DNA of 64,000 nucleotides, taken from the NCBI GenBank assembly GCA_031361295.1, contig JANMCN010000156.1:6801-70800 (forward strand). Direction: 5' to 3'. Within the stretch, counting starts at the first letter, position 1. Each line of letters opens with the position of its first letter. Positions 10,485 through 19,644 of the stretch are shown piece by piece. Under the pieces are notes generated by a model, which saw only the letters and a program-made list of their open reading frames with translations, had not been told where the DNA came from and searched no databases. Source of the stretch: Acidobacteriota bacterium (lineage in GTDB: Bacteria; Acidobacteriota; Vicinamibacteria; Vicinamibacterales; 2-12-FULL-66-21). The translations under genes were made by a program, and so were the position numbers.

Positions 10485-12131
10485 GTGCTCAGGCATCTCA
10501 CCCGCGTGGTCCTCCTGCTGCCCCTGATCGGGCTGTCCCTGACGGACCGGTCCGCGGTCGCGCAGTCGTGCCCGGCCTTGCAGGTTCGCAACCCTCAGGG
10601 GAACTACATCGTTCCCGGCGTCAAGGGGGACATCCCGTTTTCCGGCGATCTGGCGCTCGATGCGTACGTGCAGCAGGGCTCCACACGCCGTCCGTCGATC
10701 GTCGTGATCCACGGCGGGGGCTGGACCTCCGGGAGCCGTGTCGCGCATGTCGGCCAGATGCTCGAGCTCGTGACGCGGGCCGGGTACAACTGGTTCGCAC
10801 TCGATTATCGGCTCGGTGGGCTGGCCAGGTTCGAGGACTCGCTCACGGATGTGCGGGCGGCGCTGGCCTTCATCCGCTGCCGCGCCGCCGAATTCGGAAT
10901 CGACCCGAATCAGCTCGTGCTGCTCGGAGAGGACTCGGGCGCGCACCTGGCCGCGCTGCTGGCAGCCGAGCGGCCCGCGGGGGTGATCGGCGCGGTGCTG
11001 GTCGGGGGATTCTACGACCTTGGGGCCATCCCTGAGCTGTCGCGGGGGATCGATTCTGACGTCATCGCGCGCGCGTCACCCATCGCACGGGTCGCCCGGT
11101 CGATGCCGCCGCTGCTCATCGTGCACGGCGACGCGGATTCCGAAGCGTCGCCCCAACAGGCTCGCCGCTATTGCAGCCGTGTGACGGCGAGCGGCGGACG
11201 TTGCCAGACCGTGGACGTCGCGGGGGCGAGCCACCGCAGCGAGAACTGGTATCCGAGCCAGTGGAGCTACAAGGGAGCGATTGTCACATGGCTGTCGGCC
11301 CTCACGCCCACCCGGCGGTTTGCGTATCGTCCGCGCCCCGGGGCGATTCTGAAAGACATCCTCTACAGCCCGTCCGCGCAGCTGAGGCTCGATGCGGCGC
11401 TGCCGACCGCCGACAGGCCCGGACCGGCCGTCATCGTCGTGCACGGCGGGGGATGGGAAGCCGGCGACAAGGTGACGTACGTCACCCCGCTCTTCGAACC
11501 GCTGTCGCGCGCGGGTCTCGCGTGGTTCTCGATCGACTACCGCCTGACACCGGCATTCACCCACGAGAATCAGCTCGAGGATCTGCGCCAGGCCATCCGC
11601 TTCGTGCGAGCCGGGCATGCGCGTTTCAACATCGATCCCGCGCGCATCGTCCTTGTGGGGGAGTCGGCGAGCGGACAGATGGTCGCGCAGGTCGCGGCCG
11701 AAGACCGTTCGCTGGCGGGTGTCGTGTCTTTCTACGGTGTGTATGACTTCCCCGCGATGGTGACCGACGCCTCTCCCCGGTCGCTGCTCGTGCGTCTCTT
11801 CCGGCGCACGGTGCTCGACGACGACTCGCGCGCGGTGCTGCGCCGGTATTCTCCGTTGTATCAGGCCCACAAGGACATGGCGCCGGTGCTCATGGTCAAC
11901 GGCACCGGGGAGCGCCTCTGGGCGCAGGCGCAGGCGTTCGCGCAGCGGCTGACGGAGCTGGGGGTCAGCCACGACGTCGTGGCGCTCGACGGCGCGCCGC
12001 ACGGGATGGAGAACTGGGAAGGGCACCCGGAGTGGATGGACTACAAGCGCCGCGTGGTGGACTGGATCCAGCGCGCGGCGGCCTCGACCGGTCCGCGCTC
12101 CGGGTTGCCCCGTCCACCCGCCCCGAAGTAG
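10485..12131 (+). CDS. Secreted tandem-duplicated alpha/beta hydrolase (two esterase/lipase fold-3 modules)
   Basis: Signal peptide MLRHLTRVVLLLPLIGLSL. There are two copies of the oxyanion motif HGGGW (VVIHGGGWTSG and VIVVHGGGWEAG) and two nucleophile elbows (GEDSGAHLAA and GESASGQMVA). Confidence 0.8.
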   Translation: MLRHLTRVVLLLPLIGLSLTDRSAVAQSCPALQVRNPQGNYIVPGVKGDIPFSGDLALDAYVQQGSTRRPSIVVIHGGGWTSGSRVAHVGQMLELVTRAGYNWFALDYRLGGLARFEDSLTDVRAALAFIRCRAAEFGIDPNQLVLLGEDSGAHLAALLAAERPAGVIGAVLVGGFYDLGAIPELSRGIDSDVIARASPIARVARSMPPLLIVHGDADSEASPQQARRYCSRVTASGGRCQTVDVAGASHRSENWYPSQWSYKGAIVTWLSALTPTRRFAYRPRPGAILKDILYSPSAQLRLDAALPTADRPGPAVIVVHGGGWEAGDKVTYVTPLFEPLSRAGLAWFSIDYRLTPAFTHENQLEDLRQAIRFVRAGHARFNIDPARIVLVGESASGQMVAQVAAEDRSLAGVVSFYGVYDFPAMVTDASPRSLLVRLFRRTVLDDDSRAVLRRYSPLYQAHKDMAPVLMVNGTGERLWAQAQAFAQRLTELGVSHDVVALDGAPHGMENWEGHPEWMDYKRRVVDWIQRAAASTGPRSGLPRPPAPK

Positions 12132-12144
12132 ACCGGATCCCGGA

Positions 12145-14424
12145 CTACGCGACCATGGCGAGCACGTGCGGCTCCAGGGCCAGCGCGAGCACCTCGTCCA
12201 CCGACGTCACCGCGTGGAACTGCATCTGCTCGCGCACGGCCAGCGGCACGTCATCCAGATCCGGTGCGTTGCGGTCCGGGAAGATGACGGTCGTCAAGCC
12301 CGACGCGTGCGCCGCGAGGACCTTCTGCTTGAGGCCGCCGATCGGCAGGACGCGCCCCTGCAGCGTCACCTCGCCCGTCATGCCCACCGTGCTCTTGACC
12401 GCCCGCCCGGTCAGCAGCGACGCCAGGGCCGTCACCATCGTCACCCCGGCACTGGGGCCATCCTTGGGAATCGCGCCGGCCGGGACGTGCACGTGGAACT
12501 CCCGGCCGTCGAATGCGCGCTCGTCGATCCCGAGCTGCGGCGCGTGGCTCTGGACGTAGGTGAGCGCAATCCGGGCGGACTCCTTCATGATCTCGCCCAG
12601 CTGCCCGGTCAGTACCAGTCCGCCCCTGCCGGCCATCGACGCCGCTTCGACAAACAGGACATCCCCGCCCACGCCCGTCACCGCGAGGCCGGTCGCGACA
12701 CCCGGGACCGCGGTCCGCGCTGCGGCTTCGTGGAACACCTTGGCGCGCCCGAGCGCCTCGACCACAGCCGCCGCGTCCACGACCACCGGCTTCGGCTGCT
12801 GACCCGAGGCGATTCGCGTCGCGGCCTTCCGCAGCACGGTGCCCAGCTCGCGTTCCAACTGGCGGACGCCGGCCTCCCGCGTGTAGTCGCTCACGACCTT
12901 CCGCAGGACATCGTCTTCTGTCGTCACGTCGTCCGGACGCAAGCCGTTTCGTTCGACCTGCCGGGGCCAGAGATAGTCGCGGCCGATGGCGATCTTCTCG
13001 TCAATCGTGTAGCCGTCGAAGCGGATCACTTCCATCCGGTCGAGCAGCGGCCCTGGGATGGTCTCGGCCACGTTCGCCGTGGCGATGAACAGCACGTGTG
13101 ACAGATCGAGCGGGACGTCCAGATAGTGATCCTGGAACGCGTGGTTCTGCGCCGGATCCAGCACCTCGAGCAGCGCCGCTGACGGATCGCCCCGCCAGTC
13201 GGCGCCGAGCTTGTCCACCTCGTCGAGCAGGATCACGGGGTTCATCGTCCCCGCGTCGCGCAGCGCGCGCACGAGCCTGCCCGGCAACGCGCCGATGTAC
13301 GTGCGCCGGTGTCCACGTACCTCAGCCTCGTCGCGGACGCCGCCGAGCGACATCCGGACGAACTGCCGTCCGGTTGCCCGGGCGATCGACTCGCCGATGG
13401 AGGTCTTGCCCGTTCCCGGCGGCCCGATGAGCGTCAGAATCGCGCCCGACCGCCGGTCGTCGGTCAACCCGCGCTCGGCCCGGAGCTTGCGCACGGCCAG
13501 GTACTCGGTGATCCGCTGCTTCACGTCGTTCAGGCCGGCGTGGTCGCTGTCGAGCACTTCCCGCGCGTGCACGGGATCGAGTCGCTCCTCCGAACGCTTC
13601 GACCACGGAACGGCGAGAAGCCAGTCGAGGTAGGTCCGGATCATGGACGCTTCGGCGTTCGAATCGCCCATGCGCTCGAACCGCGCGAGCTCACGCTCGG
13701 CTTGCTGCTGCGCCGCCTCGGGCATGCCGGCGGCCGCAATCTTCGTCCGGTACTCCGCGGCGATCGACCCTTCGTTCTCGCCGAGCTCCTTGCGGATCGC
13801 ATCCATCTGACGCCGCAGGAAATACTCGCGCTGCTGTTTCTGGGCGCCCGTCTCCACGTCGTCGCGGATCCGCTTACGCACCCGCATTTCGGCGAGACGA
13901 TCCTGCTGGAACTGCAGGGCCAGCGTCAGCCGTTGCACGACGTCGAGGGTTTCGAGAAGCTCCAGCTTCTGGGCAACGCTCAGATCGGGCGAATAGCCCG
14001 CCGTGTCGGCCAACGCACCCGCCTGTGTGATGGACCGCACGAACGCGCTGATCCGGCCGTCGTCGCCGCGAAGGTCCAGAATCTCCGCTACCACCGCGCG
14101 ATACTCCCGGTCGAGGTTGCGCGTCAGGCTGGCCGGGGGCGCCACGTCCGGGCGCTCGTCCACTTCGACCCGCAGGACACCGTCGGCGTCGGTGTGCGCC
14201 GCGCCGGGCACGCCGCGGTGGAGCGCCGTGTACGACACGAGGCCGTGCCGGCCTGACGGCGCCCGCTCGGACGCCTCGGCGACCACGCCAACCTTCGCGT
14301 AGCCGCTGCCGCGGCGCGGGATGAGCAGCACCCGGCTGTCGCCGTCTCCGTCCACAGGAAGCGTTACCGGCATTCCAGGGAAGACCACGACATCGTCGAG
14401 ATAAACCAGTTTGAGGGAAGCCAT
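12145..14424 (-). CDS. lon: ATP-dependent Lon protease (LonA)
   Basis: N-terminal LON domain (LVYLDDVVVFPGMPVTLPV), Walker A GPPGTGKTS, protease Ser motif PKDGPSAGVTMVTAL, and the catalytic Lys region GGLKQKVLAA. I prefer the start at MASLK (14424) over 14460. Confidence 0.9.
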   Translation of the reverse strand: MASLKLVYLDDVVVFPGMPVTLPVDGDGDSRVLLIPRRGSGYAKVGVVAEASERAPSGRHGLVSYTALHRGVPGAAHTDADGVLRVEVDERPDVAPPASLTRNLDREYRAVVAEILDLRGDDGRISAFVRSITQAGALADTAGYSPDLSVAQKLELLETLDVVQRLTLALQFQQDRLAEMRVRKRIRDDVETGAQKQQREYFLRRQMDAIRKELGENEGSIAAEYRTKIAAAGMPEAAQQQAERELARFERMGDSNAEASMIRTYLDWLLAVPWSKRSEERLDPVHAREVLDSDHAGLNDVKQRITEYLAVRKLRAERGLTDDRRSGAILTLIGPPGTGKTSIGESIARATGRQFVRMSLGGVRDEAEVRGHRRTYIGALPGRLVRALRDAGTMNPVILLDEVDKLGADWRGDPSAALLEVLDPAQNHAFQDHYLDVPLDLSHVLFIATANVAETIPGPLLDRMEVIRFDGYTIDEKIAIGRDYLWPRQVERNGLRPDDVTTEDDVLRKVVSDYTREAGVRQLERELGTVLRKAATRIASGQQPKPVVVDAAAVVEALGRAKVFHEAAARTAVPGVATGLAVTGVGGDVLFVEAASMAGRGGLVLTGQLGEIMKESARIALTYVQSHAPQLGIDERAFDGREFHVHVPAGAIPKDGPSAGVTMVTALASLLTGRAVKSTVGMTGEVTLQGRVLPIGGLKQKVLAAHASGLTTVIFPDRNAPDLDDVPLAVREQMQFHAVTSVDEVLALALEPHVLAMVA

Positions 14425-14447
14425 AAGACGAAGTAACCCTTTGTTAT

Positions 14448-14467
14448 TTGATGACGTCAACTATCAA
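14448..14467. promoter_or_regulatory. Candidate MarR operator in the lon-marR divergent region
   Basis: Inverted repeat TTGAT-N10-ATCAA (14448-14452 / 14463-14467) encloses the perfect 8-bp palindrome TGACGTCA (14452-14459). It overlaps a TTGACG -35-like hexamer for lon on the minus strand. Confidence 0.3.
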
Positions 14468-14489
14468 TGAGATGAACTATACTGCCGGC

Positions 14490-15014
14490 ATGACGCCGCC
14501 GCGCGGACATGCCTGCCGGGCCTGGCACTTGCTGACCCGGCTCTTCTTCGCTCAGCGCGCTAACCTGCCGTCGCTCGCGGCCGAGCTCGAACTGTCCCCC
14601 GCGCAGTGCCACGTGCTGCACCTCATCGAGCCGGGCCGTCCGCTCCCCATGGGCCAGCTCGCCGAAACGCTCGCCTGCGATGCGTCGAACGTGACGGGGC
14701 TGGTCGACCGTCTCGAGTCGCGCGGTCTCGTCCATCGCCGGCCGTCGCCCGTTGACCGCCGCGTGAAAGTGCTCGAGCTGACCCCGACCGGGTCGCGGCT
14801 TCGCACGCTGCTTCAGGAGCGCATGACCACCCCGCCCGCGGCACTCCAGCGTCTGTCGCTCCGGGATCAACAGACGCTTGTCAGGATCCTCACGCGGCTG
14901 GTCGAGGAATCCCTGCCTGAGGGGTTAGACGCTTCGCGGGCGAGAACCGTCGCGCGTGGACCGGCAAAAGCTGGAGTGCCTCAGTCAGCGGGCAGTGGCG
15001 GGCGAAAGAGTTAG
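14490..15014 (+). CDS. MarR-family transcriptional regulator
   Basis: Winged-HTH pattern LSPAQCHVLHLIEPGRPLPMGQLAETLACDASNVTGLVDRLESRGLVHRRPSPVDRRVKVLELT. The start is uncertain (14448 TTG, 14472 ATG or 14490 ATG). 14490 lies 6 nt after TATACT (14478-14483). Confidence 0.8.
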   Translation: MTPPRGHACRAWHLLTRLFFAQRANLPSLAAELELSPAQCHVLHLIEPGRPLPMGQLAETLACDASNVTGLVDRLESRGLVHRRPSPVDRRVKVLELTPTGSRLRTLLQERMTTPPAALQRLSLRDQQTLVRILTRLVEESLPEGLDASRARTVARGPAKAGVPQSAGSGGRKS

Positions 15015-15019
15015 GCGTT

Positions 15020-17005
15020 CTACCGCAATACGCGACTGGCCTCGGCCTGTCCAATCAGCCGGTCGGCATCGTCCTGCAGCAGGAACCCTTCGACGACGAG
15101 GCGTGTGGCGGCAGCGCGCACCTGCGCCACATAGCCGGCGTGCGAGCCGTACCGCTCTTCCACGGAGAGGCGGGGATCTCCGGACGCCAGTCGTTCGGCC
15201 TTCGTCCTGGCAAAAGGAATGTATCCGCCGCCCAGGGCCTGGATATGGCCCCTGAAGAAGCCGCCTGCCAGCGGGTTCCAGCCGGCGTACGTCCCGAGCG
15301 GAGCCTGCAGCAGGACGCTGCGGATTCCGGCCATCTCGTTGCCGTCCGCGTCGACGCGGGGTACCAGCATCGGGAGCGTCCGCCGGACGGTCGGGGGCTG
15401 CACCGAGACGATGCCCGACACGTCCGAACTCCGGAACGCCGGGCCGAAGTCGTAGTCGTAGAAGGGCACCGGCATACCGTCGGGGAGCGGCTGGCCCGGG
15501 ATCAGCGGGAAGCCGGTTGCCGACTGCGTCGCGGCCACGAGATCGCCCCGATCGAATCGTGGATATTGGCTGGGAGGCGGCGGCGTGTCGTGCACGACCC
15601 ACTCGACGAGGGCCTTCATCAGGGCCCGGTTCGCCTCCGCGGACGCGTTCGGATTCGACGCGAGCACGCAGCACGGTTCCACCGCCGCCTCCACCGCGAA
15701 GCCACCCGGCCCTCCTCCGTGGCGGACGCCGGCCATGTAATAGCGACGGACGTTGTCGGGGAGAGGAATGTCGCGGTCGGCCCGCGTGCCTACGAGGTCC
15801 GGTGACGCCCGCAACGAGTAGAACTCCGCCGATCCGAAGGTCTCGATGATTTTCGGGCACGTGTCGGTCGTCCGGCATCGTGCCAGCAGGCTGGCCGCGG
15901 GACGTTGCCGCGCCTCGTCCACGTACTCTCCCCACCACAGGACGCCCTCGCTGCCCGGCTCGAACATGTCGGCCGCCCCGCTGGGCGCGGCGAAGCGGAT
16001 GTTCAGCGCCAGCTGCCGCGCCGCGATGTTCGGATTCATCCCGTCGAAGACGCGCCGCCCCCGTTCATCCTGGTTGAAGCCAAGATGCACGAAACTGCGC
16101 AGGTAGTTGCCCGACTGGGAGTTGCCCTGCGCGACGGTGTGCCGCACGTGCGCGCCCAGAGGATTGCTCTCGCCGGGGTGTCGAAGAAACGCGAGCAGGT
16201 CACGCGTGGCCGCAAAGCCGACCCCGTGCACCGGCGGATCTTTCGCGACGTAGGTCAGCTCGTAGAGATATGCCGAATCGAATCCCCCATCCAGACAGAG
16301 CTTGCCGGGGTCAGGCTTTCCCGGAAACAGCGCTTGAGCACAGTCGGCAAACGCCCACCGGGACGAAGCGATCGGCGCGCGGCTGCCGTCTTCGGACCTG
16401 CGCCGGGTGAGGGTGGCCTTTGTCGTATCGAGGGTCGCCGGCGCCGCGGTGCCCGCGACACGTCCGCGAATAATCGGCAGCGTTGTCGCGCCAGCCGGCA
16501 TGTCGGCGAAACGAGCCATGACCGGACCCGTGATACTCGTGCCGTCCGGATTCGTCGCCGTTGGCGTCACCAGGGTCTCGACGCCGGCACCGGCGGGAAT
16601 GTCGGCTTGCCACCCGCTCGCGACCAGCACGTGCCCGCTGGCGCGAAAATCGGCGTAATAGCCGGCGCCTCCGATATTGGCCTGCCCGCGATTCGGGACT
16701 TGATAGACGAGCACGCCGCTCGCCCGGCCCATATCGGCGGGCTCGAGGATGGTGAACGTGGCGGAGTACTCGACCATGCCCCGCGCGTTCCGAGGCGCCA
16801 GATCGAGGTCCGTGATGACCGCGTTCCGGGGATCGCTCGGATCGAGCTCGCCGTGGAAGCGGCCCGTCAGCTTCTCGTACGGCTGCGGCTGGTTCGGGAC
16901 CGGTTGACGCCGCTCGACGACGAGCGTGACGAGCTCGGCCCGGGCCGGAGCACCGAGCAACATCAGGACGGCGGCCGCGCAACGCGGGCGAAGGAGTCTC
17001 GACAT
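15020..17005 (-). CDS. Secreted conserved hypothetical protein (possibly the uncharacterised alpha/beta-hydrolase-domain family)
   Basis: Signal peptide MSRLLRPRCAAAVLMLLGAPARA. The N-terminal YEKLTGRFHGELDPSDPRNAVITDLDLAPRNARGMVEYSATFTIL matches, from memory, a widespread uncharacterised hydrolase-like family. High third-position GC. Function not verifiable here. Confidence 0.7.
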   Translation of the reverse strand: MSRLLRPRCAAAVLMLLGAPARAELVTLVVERRQPVPNQPQPYEKLTGRFHGELDPSDPRNAVITDLDLAPRNARGMVEYSATFTILEPADMGRASGVLVYQVPNRGQANIGGAGYYADFRASGHVLVASGWQADIPAGAGVETLVTPTATNPDGTSITGPVMARFADMPAGATTLPIIRGRVAGTAAPATLDTTKATLTRRRSEDGSRAPIASSRWAFADCAQALFPGKPDPGKLCLDGGFDSAYLYELTYVAKDPPVHGVGFAATRDLLAFLRHPGESNPLGAHVRHTVAQGNSQSGNYLRSFVHLGFNQDERGRRVFDGMNPNIAARQLALNIRFAAPSGAADMFEPGSEGVLWWGEYVDEARQRPAASLLARCRTTDTCPKIIETFGSAEFYSLRASPDLVGTRADRDIPLPDNVRRYYMAGVRHGGGPGGFAVEAAVEPCCVLASNPNASAEANRALMKALVEWVVHDTPPPPSQYPRFDRGDLVAATQSATGFPLIPGQPLPDGMPVPFYDYDFGPAFRSSDVSGIVSVQPPTVRRTLPMLVPRVDADGNEMAGIRSVLLQAPLGTYAGWNPLAGGFFRGHIQALGGGYIPFARTKAERLASGDPRLSVEERYGSHAGYVAQVRAAATRLVVEGFLLQDDADRLIGQAEASRVLR

Positions 17006-17149
17006 GGCGGACATACTACACTCGAGGGCGGCGTGACCGTCGCTCCCCGACATCCTTCCCCTGATCGTGGGAGGGGGCATGAGTCCCGAGTGCGCGATAT
17101 CATCTCGAGTCCCCCGACACGTATGGACAGCCCATCAGGAGGTTTGATC

Positions 17150-17863
17150 GTGAAGCGTTTCATCCGGTGCGCGCTGGTCGCCAGTCTTTGGCTCTGCGCA
17201 TCTCCAGCCTCGTCGCTCCGCGCCCTGGAGCCCCGACAGGCCGCGGCCGACGCGAAAACACTGCTCTACGCCGACTTCGAACGGACGGAGAACAACCGGC
17301 CGGTCAGCGCGCGGGGCGGGCTCATCCAGATGTTCGCCTACGAGGAAAGCGCGGTGCACAAGAGCACGTTCAAGGGCATGGAAGGGGTCGATCCGCCGGC
17401 ACCGGAACTGGTTCACGTCAAGAAGGACGATCCGAACCACGCGATGAAGTTCGACTTCTCGCTGCGCGCCCCGAATCAATGGGCCGGCGTGACCGTCGAA
17501 ATACACGGCCAGCCGGACGTCGACGGCAATTACGTGACAGACGACGTCAGCGGGTTCAAGTACCTGTCCCTGCAGGTGTACGCGACTGGTATCGACATCC
17601 TGCGGCTGGAAGCGATCAGCAAAGGGAAGGGCAAGGACAGGGGGACCGTGTTCCCCCTGATGACATTCAAGGTGCGGCCGGGGTTCTACACCTATCAGGT
17701 GCCGCTCAAGGGGTTCGTCCAGCCGGCGTGGGCGAATGTCCGCGTGGATCCAAAGGACGTCTTCAAGGCGCTGACGTCGATCAACCTGACCGCCTTCTGC
17801 GATCAGTGCGACTTCAACAAGGAGGGCATGGTCATCGTCGACAACCTGGTCTTCGAGAAGTAG
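17150..17863 (+). CDS. Secreted hypothetical protein (carbohydrate-binding-module-like beta-sandwich is a guess)
   Basis: GTG at 17150 lies 7 nt after AGGAGG (17137-17142). Signal peptide VKRFIRCALVASLWLCASPA. The upstream 415 codons of ORF 15905..17863 are antisense to the preceding gene. Confidence 0.7.
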   Translation: MKRFIRCALVASLWLCASPASSLRALEPRQAAADAKTLLYADFERTENNRPVSARGGLIQMFAYEESAVHKSTFKGMEGVDPPAPELVHVKKDDPNHAMKFDFSLRAPNQWAGVTVEIHGQPDVDGNYVTDDVSGFKYLSLQVYATGIDILRLEAISKGKGKDRGTVFPLMTFKVRPGFYTYQVPLKGFVQPAWANVRVDPKDVFKALTSINLTAFCDQCDFNKEGMVIVDNLVFEK

Positions 17864-17956
17864 CGGCGGTTCGTCCGCCCGCTCCCGCCTGGCGGGCTCA
17901 CTGCCGGTTCCTGGTGAAGAACTGAACGACGAGAGACACGACTGTTCGGCCCCGGA

Positions 17957-18430
17957 TCAACCCTGGTCGCGGGCGTTCTCCAGCGTCGCGATGTCAATCT
18001 TCTTCATCTTCAGCAAGGCCTCCATGACACGTTTCGATTTCGCGGGGTCCGGGCTGCGCATCAACTCGCCGAGGCGTGACGGCACGATCTGCCAGGACAG
18101 CCCATACTTGTCCTTGAGCCAGCCGCACTGGCTTTCTTTCCCGCCTTCGGAGAGTGTGTCCCAGTAGTGATCCACCTCGGTCTGGTTCGCGCACGCCACC
18201 GAAAACGAGACCGCCTCGGTGAACGTGAAGTGCGGCCCGCCGTTGAGCGCGATGAACGGCTGACCGTCGAGCTCGAACTCGACGATCATCGCGCTGCCCT
18301 TGGGGCCCGGGCCGGCTTCGCCGTACCGGGTGACATTCCCGACCCGTGAGCCATTGAAAACCGTGGCGTAAAACTTGGCCGCTTCCTCGGCCTGCGTGTC
18401 GAACCACAAGAACGGCGTAATTCTCTGCAT
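17957..18430 (-). CDS. VOC-family protein (3-demethylubiquinone methyltransferase-like / PhnB-type domain)
   Basis: MQRITPFLWFDTQAEEAAKFYATVF...FIALNGGPHFTFTEAVSFSVAC...CGWLKDKYGLSWQIVP is the classic pattern of this family. A GGAGGG RBS lies upstream. Confidence 0.8.
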   Translation of the reverse strand: MQRITPFLWFDTQAEEAAKFYATVFNGSRVGNVTRYGEAGPGPKGSAMIVEFELDGQPFIALNGGPHFTFTEAVSFSVACANQTEVDHYWDTLSEGGKESQCGWLKDKYGLSWQIVPSRLGELMRSPDPAKSKRVMEALLKMKKIDIATLENARDQG

Positions 18431-18676
18431 CGAACAAACCCTCCTGGCCTGAAATGCTGGCAGCGGTCACCCGGCGTCGGGACCCGTGGGCTCATCGCCA
18501 CCGAGACTTCGACAGACGTCGCGACGCACTTCGTAGTCGAACACACGACCGCGCTTTCGACAACCTGACCGTCGGGGGCTCAAAGGGACGGGTTCCAGTG
18601 GGACTCAGCCACGGCAGCTGGCCCTGCTGATAGTCAGCTGTTCCATACGGATCACCCATGCCGGGAGGGGGACACG

Positions 18677-18782
18677 GTGCACGTCATCATTTTTGGCGCG
18701 TCCGGCATGATTGGCGGGGCGCATACACGAGAATTCGGACATCAACGAGGTCGCGACGATGACGAAACGCCAGCGGGCGTGA
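18677..18782 (+). pseudogene. Remnant of an NAD(P)-binding (atypical SDR / NmrA-like) gene: SD + start + about 14 codons, then a frameshift and truncation
   Basis: GGGAGGGGG then GTG. The sequence VHVIIFGASGMIGG is a Rossmann GxxGxxG N-terminus. After codon 14 the coding-like signal (high GC3; RIHENSDINEVATMTKRQRA) continues only in the +1 frame and stops at 18780-18782, 6 nt before the convergent gene end. Confidence 0.35.
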
Positions 18783-18788
18783 GACGCG

Positions 18789-19517
18789 TCAGCGCGCGGT
18801 GGCGGCGCGCACCATCGCGAATCGCTGCAGGCGCGACAGCGTGCCGACTCCCGCGGTCATCCCGGCGATCGCCGCGTCGATCTCCCGCGGGGTCGGGTGC
18901 GGCATGCCGGGGCGCGGAAACTCGTACATGAACACGTGCCCCGTCGCGTCGTCGCCAGCCCACAGCGGGTCTACCCAGGCCAGCCCTTTGCTGACGCCTA
19001 CGCATGCCCATTCGTCCTGGGCCTGGACGGGCCGCTTCGGCGACGGCGAGGCCTGCTGCAGGGCCGTGTCCATCTCGATCACGAGCTGATTGAGAAAGAA
19101 TCTGCGGGTCGCGGCGTCCAGCCCAGCGAGCGCCGGCTCGTCGCCCAGCCGTTTGAACAGGGCCACGCGGGCATGTCCGGCAATCATCGCCCTCGGCAGA
19201 AGCACGAGCCGGTGCAGTGCGATGTGGACGCGAGGCAGCGCGTCGGAATACGAGAGCGCCGCGAGCACGTGCATGTAGCGGGTGGCCTCATCCGCAAGAG
19301 CCGCGACCAGCGACTCGGCACGCGCGGCGGCCTCGATCTCCTTCCAGATTCGCCTCCGGGCCGCAGCTGAACGCCCCAGCACGCTGAACCGGATGCCCGC
19401 GGACCTGACGGCGATCACGCCGGCGCCCTCTCGTGTCGCGGCCCACCGGGCGAAGGGCTCACGAGTGAGGCGACCCCGGTATCGAAGGTGCCCGCGGGAA
19501 ACCCGGAACCAGCTCAT
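18789..19517 (-). CDS. Hypothetical protein (orphan, 242 aa from ATG 19517), last gene of the ECF/CHAT module
   Basis: Strong third-position GC bias along the frame. I recognise no family. The start is uncertain (ATG 19517 or TTG 19592), and no SD is seen. Confidence 0.55.
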   Translation of the reverse strand: MSWFRVSRGHLRYRGRLTREPFARWAATREGAGVIAVRSAGIRFSVLGRSAAARRRIWKEIEAAARAESLVAALADEATRYMHVLAALSYSDALPRVHIALHRLVLLPRAMIAGHARVALFKRLGDEPALAGLDAATRRFFLNQLVIEMDTALQQASPSPKRPVQAQDEWACVGVSKGLAWVDPLWAGDDATGHVFMYEFPRPGMPHPTPREIDAAIAGMTAGVGTLSRLQRFAMVRAATAR

Positions 19518-19644
19518 GCCGCGCGTCGCTGCGAAGACCGTGCCCGCGGTGCCACCGCGCAGGGCGTCGAATGTGCAGGAGGCGACCGACAAAACCCGTC
19601 CGGATTCGGCACATTTGTGAGTCGCGGCCCTCGACGGGGAACGC

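Noticed and set aside
15905-17149. N-terminal 415 codons of the 652-aa plus-strand ORF
   Set aside because: They are antisense to the secreted protein gene 15020-17005. A GTG with a perfect AGGAGG RBS at 17150 starts the real signal-peptide-bearing product.
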